Of a DNA stretch of 64,000 nucleotides, positions 36,541-52,571 are shown in pieces; within the stretch, counting starts at the first letter, position 1, and the number at the start of each line of letters is the position of its first letter. Location: assembly GCF_009914755.1 (NCBI RefSeq), contig NC_060925.1. One strand, given 5' to 3'. The stretch is from the human T2T-CHM13v2.0 reference genome, Homo sapiens. A program made the translations under genes and the position numbers. The notes under the pieces were generated by a model. It made no database searches, was not told where the DNA came from, and saw nothing but the letters and a program-made list of their open reading frames with translations.

Positions 36541-36969
36541 TGTAGCAGGCTGATGCCCCCAAGATGCCCATATCCTAATCCCGGGAACTGGTGAACATGA
36601 CCTTATATGGCAAAAGGGGCTTTGCAGATATAATGAAGTTAAGGGTCTTTGGCTTTTGGGGTTGATGTACTCACTCGGATCCTTAAAAGAGCAGAGCAGG
36701 TGATGGAGAGGGTGGGAGGTGTAGTGACAGAAGCAGGAAACTCCAGTCATTCGAGACGGGCAGCACAAGCTGAGGAGTGCAGGCCACCTCTACGGCCAGG
36801 AAACGGATTCTCCCGCAGAGCCTCGGAAGCCACCGACCCTGCTCCCACCTTGACTCAGTAGGACTTACTGTAGAATTCTGGCCTTCAGACCTGTAAGGGA
36901 ATACATTTTGGTTGTTTTAAGTCACTAAGTGTGTGGTAATTTGTTGCAGCAGCCACAGGAAACTAGTAT
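36541..36969 (+). mobile_element. MLT1 (C/D-like) MaLR LTR
   Basis: atggcaaaaggggctttgcagat; gttgttttaagtcactaagtgtgtggtaatttgttgcagcagccacaggaaacta. Confidence 0.8.
36675..36890 (-). ncRNA. Candidate 216-nt exon from antisense MLT1 LTR
   Basis: cccttacag|GT...GA|gtgagt. Confidence 0.5.
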
Positions 36970-38186
36970 TGTAGTGAAGCCTCAAAACCCCCCCTGAAGG
37001 GGCTGGGCTCAGTGGCTCATGCCTGTAATCCCAGCACTTTGGGAGGCCGAGGTGGGTGGATCACTTGAGGTCAGGAGTTCGAGACCAGCCCAGCCAAAAT
37101 GGTGAAATGCCATCTATACAAAAAGTACAAAAACTAGCCGGGCATGGTGGCACATGCCTGTAATCTCAGCTACTCAGGAGGCTGAGACAGGAGAATTGTT
37201 TGAACCCAGTGGGGCAGAGGTTGCAGTGAACTGAGATTCCACCACTGCACTCCAGCCTGGGTGACAGAGTGACGCTCCATCTCGAAAACAAAACAAAACA
37301 AAAAAACCCCACCTGAAGGTTTCCAGTTCTGCCAGCAGTCTCCCACCCAACCCCCAGAAGCAGACATTCCATTGCTGTGGGCCATGGACAGGCAGAAGGA
37401 AGCACCTCCTCATGGCAGAGGCCTACCCAGGAGAAACCCAAGGGAAGGCACTGCTGGGCTGGCCCCTCTCTGCCAAGGCCATATTCTTTTTTTTTTTTTT
37501 GAGGCCAGTTTCACTCTGTCTCCCAGACTGGAGTGCAGGGGCACAATCTCGGCTCACTTCGACCTCTGCCTCCCCAGTTCAAGTGATTCTCCTGCCTCAG
37601 TCTCCTGAGTAGCTGGGATTACAGGAGTGTAGCATGCCTAGCTAATTTTTGTATTTCTAGTAGAGATGGGGTTTTGCCATGTTGCCCAGGCTGGACTCGA
37701 ACTCCTTGCCTCAAGTAGTCCACCTGTCTCAGCCCCGCAAAGTGCTGGGATTACAGGAGTGAGCCACTGCACCCAGCATTTGCCAAGACCTTTGATGGCA
37801 GGCTTTTTCCAGGTGATCAGTCCTTGTCTGGTCTGGCTCTGCCCCACTCTCCTTCTCACCTAGTTGGAATCCCTAGCTACTTTTCAGTAGAGGAGAGTGT
37901 GTATCCCAATCCCAGCTTGGTTCAGATCTGCATTTAACTCATGGAACCTGGCTGCTCCCCAGGTCCTGAAGAAAAAAAGGGTCTCTCTGTGGGTATGATA
38001 AAGGATGGGCCTGTCCCCAGGACCCTGTGAGAGGGAAGCCCAATGTCCCACCAGGTTGGCAGGGCTGGGGAAGGGAAAGTGTTATGGCAGCCCCAAGAAA
38101 AAAAAGAGGCAGCAGAGGGAGCAGGACAGCGCTCACATGGAACTCATGCCACTGCCTGAGTGAGGGGAGGGAGGAGTGCACGCCAG

Positions 38187-38242
38187 TGACGTCAGGGGGC
38201 AGAGAGGTGCAGTTCCAGGGCGGTTTTCCCCCTCACTTCCTG
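38187..38242. promoter_or_regulatory. CRE palindrome with nearby ETS core
   Basis: TGACGTCA at 38187-38194; cacttcctg at 38234-38242; motif evidence only. Confidence 0.3.
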
Positions 38243-38567
38243 CCATGTTACTCTGATCGCCTCCAGGTGAGCCTGCCCACTTTGTGCCCAGGGGCCTGTA
38301 GAAAACCACAGCTCCCCATGGTTATGGCCCCAGGAGTGGGGCAGAGCAGGGAGGAGTCCTGGACAGAGGACAGGCAGGGGCAGGAGGGAGTGGGCCTCAA
38401 ACTCCAGGAGGGGGCCCTTCTCATGGGTCCTGCTTTCTGGCTTCTCCTTCCTTACCCCTGGGCTGATCACTCGGGGAAGAACTGAGACAAAGTTTCTTAC
38501 CCTCAGGCCCAAAGGGTTTAATTACTGGGCCCTTAGGGAGGTGTGAGCCCCCTGAAAGGATGCAAGG

Positions 38568-38598
<31 letters not shown>

Positions 38599-38600
38599 GA

Positions 38601-38801
<201 letters not shown>

Positions 38802-40187
38802 TGAACTCCTGACCTCAGGTGATCCGACTGGCTCCGCCTCCCAAAGTTCTGGGATTACATGAGCCACTGTGCTTGGCCACGACGAAAGGTTTTGTGTGGA
38901 GAGCATGCACATGCCTTTCTGGGAAAACAGTCCACAGCTCTTATTCTCAGCAGGCTTCACGGTCAAAAAAGGTTAGAACTCTTGCTACAGAGCTGTGGAA
39001 GCAGCTAGGTGAGGGGCACTCTGGGCACTACCTGGGCATTCTCGAGCCCATCATCCCCTAGGCAGGCTGCACTGCTTGGTATTTGCAGAGCTGAGGGGGT
39101 GGGGCATGTGGGGACTGTGAAATCGCCCTGAGATGACCCACAGTCCTCAGCTGGGAAGTGAGCGCTGCATCTCCTGCAGCGTCCTCCATCCCTAGAGCCA
39201 TGGGGCCAGGAGAACTGGCCCTTGCAGCAAGTGAAAAGCCTATTATTGATTCCCTCCCTAGCCATGTAGACAGTGAACCAAGACACTCATATCAGGTAAA
39301 TGCCTTGTTCTCTGTTACCGAAGTAACCAGTAGGCATTCCCAGATACAGTGAAGGTCCTCACACCAAGATATGCACCTGGCCACCTGAGGAAAGAGAAAG
39401 GACTATCTGAGGGGATGGGGCTGAGCTGGGTGTGGAGTGGTCCTTGTGGGTCTTGGAGAGTGGGAGGGGGAGCAGCATGAGCCAGGCCTCGAGGCAGAAG
39501 GACAACCAGGAGACAGCCTGGAAAAAGTGCTGGACCCACAAGGGCTCAAGGCTGGCCAGAGGGGAGGTGGGATAGGCTGCAAAGTCCTGAGGTCTGAAGA
39601 TTGGCCCTGGCAGGAAGAAACCAGGTAAGGTGGGGTGTTACCTACACCCTCGGGGCCAGATGCAGGCCAGAGCCAGCCAATTACCAGGCCCTTAGGGAGG
39701 TGTGAGCCCCTTGAAATGATGCAAGGTTTTTTGTTTTTGTTTTGGAGACAGAGTTTCGCTCTTGTCGCACAGGCTGGCACCTTTGCCCAGAGCAGGCACC
39801 AAGACTTCTGGCTCTGGGTGTGACCTCAGTCTGGGTAAAAGCCCCAGCCCCCACCAGGACCACCTACCCCCTAGACTACTTCAGGTGCTGAGCCCAAGCC
39901 AGGGGCAGGAAGCTAAACTGATGCCTAGGGTAATCCCAACAAAGTCCCTGGTTCCCCGCAGCTATGGGGCTGACGGGGAATTACAGCCCAAACCCCAGAT
40001 GCTGGCTCTCGAACTAACACTGAGCCCTCAGTGCCCACAGGGAGATACAATCAGCGCACTTTCCAGATGGGGAAATGGGATCAGAGAAGTGCAACAGCCT
40101 TGCCCAATGCCCCAGGCCAGGGCTCCAGGCCCAGAGTGTTCTTTTGTCACTGTGTTCAGAGGGCAGCAGCTGCTGTGATGTACCCAC

Positions 40188-40319
40188 CTGAGCCTGGCAG
40201 CTTTCTCCAACTTTGGAAGCCCAGGAGCATGGCCCCTGTCCACAGATGCACCTGGCATGAGGCGTGCCCAGAGGGACAGAGGCAGATGAGTTTCGTCTCC
40301 TCCACTGGATTGTGAGGGC
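40188..40319 (-). ncRNA. Candidate 132-nt exon of a duplicon-derived lncRNA or chimeric transcript
   Basis: ccttctag|GC...CAG|gtgggt; stop-free in phase 1; lies inside the 4.65-kb insert. Confidence 0.6.
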
Positions 40320-41254
40320 CTAGAAGGAGACAAGGGTCGGCTTGGGAAGGCAGTGAATAGCGAGCAGCCTGAGGCAGTGCCCCTCTGGATGGATCCGCAG
40401 TGCCTGGATGGAACCTGGCTCAGACAGAGCTCAGTTTTGCAGGTCCCTGAGGCATGGAGAGTTCACAGCTACCAAGTGTAGGAGTCTGGATTCAAAGCCA
40501 ATGGCGTGACTCCAAAGTCCCTGCCCTAGCCCCTGGACCACCCTTGCAGGCCCATCAGATGCCCAGGCCAGCAGCACAGCCGGCCAAGACCAGGGAAACT
40601 TGGGGAGCCTCAGAGCACCCCCAGGTATTCCAACCTAATCCTGGTACCCCGCCTCTCACCACCCTTCTTCCTGCTTTTACCTCAACCCCTACACAAAGCC
40701 TGGGCCACTTAATGTGGCATCAAACAGATGCCTCAATAAATCAGTCTAATCTCGAAAAAAAAAAAGACTTAACAGATATACAATTGCACGTTAGAATGCT
40801 AAAGACCATAAACATATAACAACTTAAAGTACATATAAATTCAATATATATCCAATGATTGTAACTATGACACAGTAGAATATTAAAATACTATTTTCAA
40901 AATGTTTACAAGCTTAATGTTCTATGTATTCAAACTATTTATTCAAAATACAAATCATCAACATAAATTGCCACTAATATTCAGTCCCTTCACAGGACAC
41001 ATGATTCACTGGGAGTTAATAAATTAGCAGCCGGCAGGCAGTAACACACAGCAAAAATGAAAACCAAGAGGTGAAATAGTTCTGAAATAAAGGTTTTAAA
41101 GCTAACAGAAATCACTGAATTACTAAGTCATTAGCACTAATTTTGAGCCAACTGACTAATTAATATGAGATGATACAACGTCCTATACTTTGGTAAATAC
41201 AGACTATGTTTAAACAATGTCTGTAACGTGACTTGTAAAATGCTCCTGGCTTTA

Positions 41255-41495
<241 letters not shown>

Positions 41496-42014
41496 CTTGA
41501 AAAAGAAAAAATGGTCATTACTGAAGGAACCATCTTAGGTTACAGCCACCTCTGGGTCAATTCCCAACATTCAAAAGCTGAGCAGGGCTTTAAAGCTATC
41601 TTATTAATAATTATTTCTGTATTGCGAACTTCAGCATACTTTTTTCTAGTTACATTTGAAATGTTATTCTTTTGGGATGTGCTCAAGTGAATACTGCTTT
41701 TTCCTCTGCCTTGCTTCATTACTTTTTAGTTTCCTTCATTTGAATCATCATTGTAAGTCTCCCCTCCTCCTCAAGTAACTTTCAAATTGCTGCCAAGAAC
41801 TATGTTCTATCTTAAGGCTTTTGAGAAAAAACTTTCAATGAAGATAGCCTCCTAAAGTTATACAAATATAGAAGAAACGGGATAAAATAAAGCTTAGATT
41901 GGAAAAAATATTTAAGATTATACAAAATTCACGCGTAAACAAGGGAAGCTAAGTAATTGTATGTTCAAATACTTTTAACAAGTGCAAAACATGTAGGCTT
42001 AAAGAAATAGAGCT

Positions 42015-42593
<579 letters not shown>

Positions 42594-43026
42594 TTAACAA
42601 CCCTGGTATTTTACACTTTTGTTCTCTTTAAACCAAATTGTCTACACTCTTCTGGATGTTTTGCATAATATGAAGAACTTGATGAAAATAGGGACCATTT
42701 CCTCCCTTAGTTCTTCATTCCTCAAATACATAGTTCAAAAGTCACAATCCTTCATTGAGGGCCTCCATGAAGGCAGGTGCACAGCAGATTGCAAGAGGGA
42801 ATTGATTCTAGTCCAGCTGAACTGTTCCCTGTTCCCTCACACCACTGTGATCCAGTAACTTAACCTCACAAAGTTTCACTTTTCTCATCTTCAGTGGAGG
42901 TTATATGGCAATAGAGAAGAGCAGGGTTTTGAGGTTTCAAGATAGGGTATAAGCTTGGCACACAGTAGGTATTCAAATAAAATGTAGTTAAGTTTATTAT
43001 GCTATGTGCATAATAAGGCCAAATAG

Positions 43027-43791
43027 TGAAACTTCCTTTGCAAAGATTATAACAGTGGGAGAAGCCTGGCATGGCTGACTCCCTCTTGCCTCTAGCCTCA
43101 CGGGCTGGCTGTCCTCGCTCATTCATGACCGAGGCCAAGCTAACCATGGGAGGAATTCAGTTTATAGTTTAACTTTGAAGCAAGAATTATAATAGTCCCT
43201 CCCTAAAACAAACTCCCTCCTTGCTCAGGGACTGAAGCTGCCTTTGTAAAACTGACGAAAGGCCACTAGATAATGGGAAGGGCCTGAATTCTGCTAAAAT
43301 GCAAGCATAGTTTCTATAATCCCTTACTGCTCAGGAGTCATGTGGTCAGAGTTCACAAGATTTATGACTTCTCCAGTTGCTCCTATAGATAACATCACTA
43401 TTGTAGCACCTAAGATTGGTCTTTTGAGATGTTTTTCAGATGGTTGCATTCTGGAAACCAACTAACCCTAACCGGATTTGTGATTCATCACTCAACAGGT
43501 CCTGTGGCCCCGATCCAGAGGCAGACTCAGTGCACAAGGACAGTTCCTCACACCCCTATGATTTCATCCTCAACCAATCAGCAGCTCATATTCCCTAGCC
43601 CCTCCCCCACCAAACTATCCATAAAAACTCCAGCCTCTGAGTTCTCTGTGAGACTGATTTGAGTAATAACTGCAATCCTTCTACTTGGCAGGCTCTGTGT
43701 TAATTAAACTCTTTCTCTACTGCAATACTGTGGTATCAGTGAATTGGTTTTGTCTGTGCACTACACAGGAAGAACCTGTCAGGCAATTACG
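43027..43791 (+). mobile_element. LTR8-family (LTR8A/B-like) solo LTR, ERV1
   Basis: tgaaacttcctttgcaaagattat...catggctgactcc...; ends ggcaattacg; 4-bp TSD atag. Confidence 0.85.
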
Positions 43792-44196
43792 ATAGTAAGT
43801 GCTGGAGGTACAGAACTGAACCTGCTCTTGTTCACTTCATGAGCTTTGGGCTGGGGAAAGGAGATACCACATTTAAAGGGTCTTTCCTTGTAAGCTTGTC
43901 ACAGGCTTCCTCTTAGACCTGGGGTGAGGCAGGAAGGTGAAGCATGGTTCTTATGCAAGAGTGGTACAGCATGCTAGATTTCCTAATGTCAAACAAACAT
44001 CCAGGATATCAAAGGATATGTGCCAGTTTGAGCAAATGTTGATTTATTACCTCAGGTTGTAGGCATTTACAAGACAAAACGGAGACATCCAGTGTGATTC
44101 CAAGCAGGCTCATGGACTAGTGCTTACCATAACCCAGGTGCACCAGCAATCTGGGATATGGTCTCCCACAGAAGCACTGCATACAGAGAAGGTGCA

Positions 44197-44291
44197 TTTA
44201 TTTATTCAGTAGACAGCAAGATTTCCCAGGGAGAGGAAAACCGCCCTGCCCCACCTCTACCCTGGCTTCCCAGACTTCTAAGGTCTTTATT
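44197..44291 (-). terminator. Candidate HHIPL2 polyadenylation signals
   Basis: AATAAA on minus strand at 44286-44291 and an overlapping pair at 44197-44206, shortly after the stop codon. Confidence 0.65.
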
Positions 44292-44363
44292 CAGCAGTGA
44301 CTTTCATTTGATGAGGTGGCTCTCCTCTCTCACGTCACCCTGTCGGCCACCTTGACCAATAGG

Positions 44364-44650
44364 TCAAGGGAGACTTCTGCCAGCTCGCTTCTGCTCTGCT
44401 GATGGCCTCATCCTGCCACTGTGGCTTTTCAGGCTCTTCCTCCTCTTGCCCTGGCGGACGTGGGGCCCCACTCTGGCTTTCTTCTTTGTACCAGGCCCTC
44501 GCAATGTATTCTTGCTGCTTGTAGGAGAAGCCAGCTTCTTGGAGGAGCCTTTCTCAGACAAACCCTGGGCTGGGCCAGAAGCTAAGGTTGCACTGGAAGA
44601 TTTTCTAGCAGCTTTCTCTGATTGTTCCTTTAGCAAGTCCAAGACTGTCT
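44364..44650 (-). CDS. HHIPL2: HHIPL2 terminal coding exon (exon 9), basic C-terminal tail to TGA
   Basis: tctcag|AG; [13 protein letters not shown]...QKRAGRSLP*, in phase with exon 8. Confidence 0.93.
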
Positions 44651-45374
44651 CTGAGAAATCAGTATTTATTTAGTGAAAAATATAAGTCCCAGAAAGTAGC
44701 TATAAGAGAAAACTATAACTGCATTATAGTTCTTTAATATAAATTATTCTTATTAATACTTTTAATTCTCTAACTGGCCTTGGTCTAAATATATGACTTT
44801 TTTAGAAGGGTCACTCCAGTGATACATGGTTCTGTAATAGTTTCCTTAAGATAGTATCCTTCCTCTGTAAGTCTTTCCTGACTCCCCACCCTGCCCCAAG
44901 GAAACATTCCTCATTCTAGGGGCCCTCTAAGTGCCCTGAGCATCCTTCTATACCAGAACATTAGTGCTACATTTATTTCTTTATTTGCCTGCACTTCCCA
45001 TCCCCACTCCTATTTAACTCTGAACTCCTACATGTCATAGGCTTTAAGTGTTCATTGCTGTATCCCTAGGGATTAGCATAGTTCCTGCCACAAAGTAAGT
45101 ATGAAATGAATGATGCCAAATGAATGAATACATGAACGATTAAATGAATGAATCAACAAACGAATGAATGAACGAATAACTAGAGGAAACCGGTCACAGT
45201 AGAAATGGGTATCCTTACACTCATAACTCCTCTGTTATGCAGAGGAGACGTATAGACTTAGTTTCCCTCAGGGGGTAACTAAGACTCCACCATGGGAATT
45301 ATAGCCTGCTTGCTGAGGGCACTGCCTTAGCCTCCACACCAAGGCCTGAGCCTAAGACTCAAAGATGGACTCAC

Positions 45375-45457
45375 TGGCGAGTGGTCTGAACGGGATCCGC
45401 TTACTCTTGGTTCTCACGGGCACTGGCTTGTATTTGCACTTGCCTGGGGGTGCTCGC
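45375..45457 (-). CDS. HHIPL2: HHIPL2 coding exon (exon 8), 83 nt
   Basis: ttttag|G...A|gtgagt; [27 protein letters not shown]. Confidence 0.93.
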
Positions 45458-47424
45458 CTAAAAACACAAACAGAAAGCATGAGGACGCAAGACTCTGAAG
45501 ATGCAACCGGAAAATCAAGGTTACCAGAGGGCGTATATTTGCAAGAATTGGGGTCAGCCTTTACTTATCCATGGGGATGGGGTAGATGTAACAGGAAATA
45601 TGCTATGAGCTCAGAAGGTGAGGTAAAAGGGCACAGACAGAACAGGGCTCCTCAGGCCCTTGAGAGACAGTGCAGAGAAGGAGTTAGGAGTATGGGCATG
45701 GTGGCAGTCAAAACGGGTTCACATCCTGGTAACCAGGGGCAAAAAACCTTGCTAAGCCTCAGTCTCCACATCTATCAAATGCAAAAACTAATGTTTCCCA
45801 TCTGGCTTGGAACAGTGCCCAGAACATAACAAGAGCTCACAGATGAGGATGATGAAAATGATGATGAGGATGATTCTGCTGCTGCTTCTGATGGTGGTGC
45901 TGGTGACTCCCTTTAAAGAAAATGTCTTCAAGAACTCAAGGCACAGCCCTCAGGCGATGCCAGCTTCTCTGCCTAGTAACACACACATTCTTAAACTGCT
46001 TGTCCCCGGGTGCATCTTCTGAAATAAAAGGGACTTTGAGGACAGAGAGTACTTCCACTGTAGAGAGCAGAGCTGGAACTTCCCAGCCTGTCCCCATTGC
46101 TTTCTCTGCCTCTGCCTTGCTCCAACTCTATCTCTCACTGCCATCCTCCCAAGTCCAGGTGGGAGGGAAAAAAAGGTAATTGTATTTATTTAAAAAACAC
46201 TTACGTAGTGCTTAGGCACCATTCTAAATACTTTGCAAATATTAACTCATTGAGTCTTCCTAACAACCTGTGAAGTAAGTACTATTATTATACTCATTTT
46301 ACAGAGGGGAAACTGAGGCTCGCACAGGCTAAGAAACAGGCCCAAGGCCACATAGTTAGTCAGTGGCAAAGCCAAGATTCCAAGCCCAGGCTCAAGTCCA
46401 TGTTCTCAACCACTGTATTTAGCTACCCCTAAAGGAAGGGTAGGAGGAAAAAATGGGAGGGAGAAAAGGATACATAAATTAACCAGGTGCCCTCAAAATG
46501 CTGGGATTGGTGCATTTCGTGCAAAGACAAGCTGAATAAGTAACCAGAGCAGAATCTGGTCCACTTATAGAAGCTTTAAAAAGTCTATATGATTCGATAT
46601 AATTATAACTGAATGGAGGGAGTAGTCCTAAAATGACCTCTCCACAAAGAGAACTGAGTTCCTATTCCAGGCTCCTCTTAGTAGCTGTACCTGGGGCAAG
46701 TAATTTAACTTACCTAGCCTTCAGTTTCTTTATCCATAGAGTGAGGATGTTAACCTGCCTGGTTGGAATTCTGTCAGCATTAAATGAGAGCCCACATGCA
46801 CAGCACTTAGTACAGTGCCTAGCACACAGGAGTAACTCCATAAATGTCAACTTAAAAAAAAAAGGTGAATAAGTAAGGATGTCTTCAGTGTGAAAATGCT
46901 TTATGGGTGCTTTCTGTGTGGCTTCTCACAGCTGCTCTTGTGAAAGTGGGGAGTTAAATTACCTGCCAACTGAATCAGAAAACTGCCAAAGAAAAGAAAA
47001 ATGGATTCACATAGGAAGCCTGTTAATGGAAAGAGAACTCCCCACCAAGGCATCGTCAACCATCAGAAGCACTTTAAAGACCCTGAGTCTGCTCCATCCC
47101 CTAAACCCAGGAGAAGTGCACAGAAGCAGACCCAGCAGTGGGAACAGCCCAGTATTAAATTCACCCCTTGGCTATCCACCCTCCACCATCCACACATCAC
47201 CCCGGGGAACAGCCTCAGGGACGGAGCCTCTTCCAGGAACTTCCGAGAACACACAAACTGAGAGCCCTGTGGCCAAATACAAGCTCAGATAGAGCTGGCC
47301 CCCCCAAGCCCTAACCAGTGGCTGGACCTATTTGCCTCATGTCTGCTGAATGCCAATCCAGATATGGGTAACATAAGCCTCAGGGGAAAATTTTCTTCTG
47401 CATGTCTATCTGTAAGCTAATTCA

Positions 47425-47931
<507 letters not shown>

Positions 47932-48325
47932 TCAGCCTCTGAGACAGATAGGCAAAGAAGCAGAAGGAAACAGCATACAGCCCAGCAAGTGAATAAACAC
48001 TAAACTCCAGAAAAGGTAGAGCTATTGAGGAACCTGCCAGTTAAACGTATTTGCCAAAGACCTGGAGATCTGCACCAAGCCCAGGGGACAGGGGAGCAGT
48101 ACTTACTCAGGTGCTCAGAGGTGTACACCTGTTGTTAGATGACCTCAGACAGACATTTCCAGAAGCATATTAAAAAAAAAAAAAAAGGCTGGGCATGGTG
48201 GCTTACGCCTGTAATCCCAGCACTTTGGGAGACCGAGGCAGGTGAATCACCTGAGGTCGGGAGTTCAAGACCAGCCTGACCAACATGGAGAAACCCCATC
48301 TCTACTAAAAATACAAAATTAGCTA

Positions 48326-48466
<141 letters not shown>

Positions 48467-48730
48467 TCAAAAAAAAAAAAAAAAAAAAAAGCCACAGACC
48501 TAGACTAACCCTAGAAAGGCTCAAGGTCTTCATGTCCAACTGCAAAGAGACCGTTTCCCAAGTATTCCATAATTGCTATAGATGCATTGTCCTATGCCAT
48601 TATTTGTCCAAACTGCTTTTCATCTAGAACATGAGTTTGCTTCGGGACAATGAGGACTGTTTTTATGGCCTGCCATGGAGATAAGAAATGAGAAAAATGC
48701 ATTTGAGAAGAAAATGACATCAAATCTCAC

Positions 48731-48812
48731 CTTGAGGGGTCAACAAACTTGTAAATAGATCCACGTGGTGCATAGGCACTTGGGTAAGAGGTCGCCAGGA
48801 AATACAGCTCCC
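48731..48812 (-). CDS. HHIPL2: HHIPL2 coding exon (exon 7), 82 nt
   Basis: ccttag|GG...AG|gtgaga; [28 protein letters not shown]. Confidence 0.94.
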
Positions 48813-49389
48813 CTAAGGCAACAAAAATAGACAGGCAATAATGGGACATCAGGCAGCACTGAGACACAGAGTTGGATGCACAGAAAATGGTCAAAAAGAG
48901 GTTATGGCCCTAAAATGCAGTGAGCGCCAAGAACGGAATCCCAGAAACCTAACTGGCATCAGCTCTGCTGGGCTGTGAGCTCCTTGAGGAGAAAGTCCAT
49001 CTTTGAACCCCCCAAAGACTAGCTCAGTGTATGGCCTAGCAGAGGCAATTTCACGTGTATGTTTGTTTATCAAACCAAACAGGTTTCCCCCTTATCACCT
49101 CCTTGCCCTCAGAAACTTCACCTCCGTGAATCTCCATTTCCTTCCCCACCTCTTTCCTCTGTGAACACTTGGATATATACAGTCTGCAGGCTGAGGACCA
49201 TCTGTCAATCGCTTTATTTTGCCCCTTCTTTAGTCCTTTTGTTTCCCTTCAGCCTCACTCCCATTTTCCTCTTTCATTCTGTCCTTGAGTTCCTTATTTC
49301 CTGGTGACCCTCCCCACTCTCCATTTCTCCTCTCGGTCTTTTCCATGCCCCACAAAAATCACCTCTACCCACTCTCTCCTGTATCTCTC

Positions 49390-49771
49390 TGATATGGTTT
49401 GGCTGTGTCCCCACCCAAATCTCATCTTGAATGATTTGGCTCCCATAATTCCCACATGTTGTGGGAGTGACCCAATGGGAGATAATTGAATCATGGGGGC
49501 AGCTTCCCCCATACTGTTCTCCTGGTAGTGAATAAGTCTCATGAGCTCCGATGGTTTTATATAGTTTTATAAGAGGAAATCCCTTTTTCTTGGCTCTCAT
49601 TTTCTCTCTTGTCTGCCACCATGTAAGAGGTGCCTTTCACCTTCCACCATGATTGTGAAGCCTTCCCAGCCATGTGGAACTGTGAGTCCACTAAGCCTCT
49701 TTTTCTTTATAAATTACCCAGTCTCAGTCTCAGGTATGTCTTTATCAGCAGTGTGAAAACGGACTAATACA
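49390..49771 (+). mobile_element. THE1 solo LTR (MaLR) in HHIPL2 intron 6
   Basis: tgatatggtttggctgtgtccccacccaaatctcatcttgaa...gaaaacggactaataca; flanks ctctc/ctctt. Confidence 0.9.
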
Positions 49772-50064
49772 CTCTTAGAAAGAGCCCCCTGCTCCTTACC
49801 ATTTCTCCCAGTTGTAACTCAGGGAAATGTTCTTTTGTCACAGTAACTACCTCATTCCACATTGCTTTCTAGTTATTTGTGAGGGACATTATGCTATGGG
49901 GTCATGAGCCCCAGTGGAGAGTCCCAGAAGTCTGATTTGATTTCTGATAACACCAGTTCCTCTCCATGCTATCTTGGGAGACCTCTTCACCTGCACAGCC
50001 CTCGAGATATTTATTCATTTGTAAAATGGGGATCACAATGCCTCAAGTGATTGTTAGGTATTCA

Positions 50065-50370
<306 letters not shown>

Positions 50371-52490
50371 TCAAAAAAAAAAAGAAAGTGTTCGATAATC
50401 GTAGTTATTTTTACTTTCTTATCTGTCTGACCCAATGTTTGTGCCATTACACTGAATTAAACTCACTTGCTGTTATGTGCCTTACACAATTCTTTCTCAA
50501 TTTTATGAAAGAAAATGTCTATTAAGTTGCAATTCTGAAAAACCTAAAGCTTTATACAGCTCTGAATTATTTAAACAACTAATTTTTTTTTTTTTTTTTT
50601 TTTTTTTAGACAAGGTCTTGCTCTGTTGCTGACTGGAGTGTAGCTGCACAATCACAGCTCACTGTAGCCTCAACCTCCTGGGCTCAAGCAAACCTTCCAC
50701 CTCAGTCTTTTGAGCAGCTGGGACTACAGGTGCATGCCACCACATCAGGATCATTTTTTAAACTTTTTGTAGAGACGGGGTCTCCCTATGTTGCTCAGGC
50801 TGGTCTCAAACTCCTGCACTCAAGCAATCCTCCCAGCTCAGCCTCCCAAAGCAGTAGGATTACAGGCATGAGCCACCACACAACAGCTCTAAACAACTGC
50901 TTTTTGTGGAGAACAGAGACCAGCGTTTGTCTTGTGCTAAGTGTGAGCCTCATGGTCTTTGCATAGCCCCTACACAGGGTAGCAGCTGCCTAACAAACTA
51001 TGATTTGTGTACTGACAAACTAGATGTATAATCTTCCCCATGTAAGAGATCTGATGAACTAGGGCACACCCTCCTTTAGAGTCAGTTTGCTTTGTCTGAA
51101 TGGGAAGCCCAGGCACCATCCAGAGTGATTCTACCATTAGATAAATGTGGTGTCTACGAAAGGTCCACGTGTACACAGGCAGGGGCCCCTCGAAACCATG
51201 CAAAGGCCTTCTCAGTCTAAAAAGAAAATTGAAAACCATGCCTATACAGGACTGCAGTTTGTGTAAATTACATGTCTTCCACATTCCATAGACTTCCCAT
51301 TGTATTTTTAGGAGAAAACAATGCTAGAAGTGAATTTCATCTGTAGCATCCAACTGATATTTTTAATATACATCTTAGGGGAGAAAAACAAAAAAACCAT
51401 AATATGCCATTTAAAACAAAAATGCATGCTATACAAATTTACTGCAAACAGAATTCATTTGACCAGCCCTCTTGGGAATGCCCTTCAGTGACTAACTTTC
51501 AGAAATCCCATCAATTAAACCTCAGCAATGGGCAGCTCCACACCAGCCAGTCACTCAGCAGCAATTCATACCAGCTATCAACTCTCAGGACCCAGGATGT
51601 GAAGTGCAGCCATAGGTGAGGCAGAGCTCAAGTTCCAAGTAAAAAGTGACTTACCTAAAGCCAGTGGACTGATAATAAAATAATGAAATAAGGCTCAGAT
51701 CTAAAAATGCCTCTCAGAGGAAAAGAATATGGCAAGGGCAGAAAATATGAATCAGTTTATGCAAAAACACAAGAGCAAGCAACTCTGGAAAAAAAAATAA
51801 TTTGCCTCAGGAACAGCCTCATCAGCCTCAGGGCCGCCCTTGGGTAAAGGCTTGGGAACACTTTGGCAAGTCTACCCCATGAAATTCAGCCAAGGACTGT
51901 GTTTTGTTTGCCAGATGTACCATGACTGTTGTTTTTTTTTATGCTGTCTGTTTTCTACGGTGAGAAGTCTGCAAGCACAACAAACCAAGCCACCAAAGCC
52001 AGGTTCTCTGTGGCCTCCTGAAGAGGAGCAAGCCACAGAAGATGGCAGCCCAGAATCCCTGGGCAGGCCTGCCTCTGGGGTTCCAATCTCTGGGGTGGTG
52101 CTGGACACAGGGGTGTCCGGCAGAGGAGAGGCTCCACCACCGCCTGCAGCTTTCACGTCACTCACTTTCCACTGGCCATCATCCTGCCAGCCTGTGGTTT
52201 CTCTCCTTTTTCATATGTTTGGACTTCCAATTTGGAACTCACATAGACTTTTTCCTGTTAAAATACTTGAAGTTTCCAAAATTCTTGAAGTTTCCTCTGC
52301 TCCTATAAAACATTCATCTCAAACTATCTGTTCATCGGCTAGCTGAGAGGAAAGGGTCCGGGAGCTGACTGGGTCTCTTTATATCCTACTCAAGTGAAGG
52401 TCCCAAGGCAGCCACCTCATGGCCCAGAGGGGAAAGAAACCAAATACTTCAGAATCCTTTGAGACTCTGGTTTATACCTATAGAGAATCT

Positions 52491-52571
52491 TTTTTTAAAA
52501 TTTTTTCTTTTCTTGTGTATTTTTTGTTTTTTGATTTGTTTTGTTTTCTGTTGTTTAATTATTTTTTTTTC
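52491..52571 (-). mobile_element. Poly(A)-only retrotransposon remnant
   Basis: 81-nt T-rich tract between exact 15-bp direct repeats acctatagagaatct. Confidence 0.7.

Noticed and set aside
51840-52346. 168-aa intronic ORF
   Set aside because: Non-ATG start, no recognisable homology
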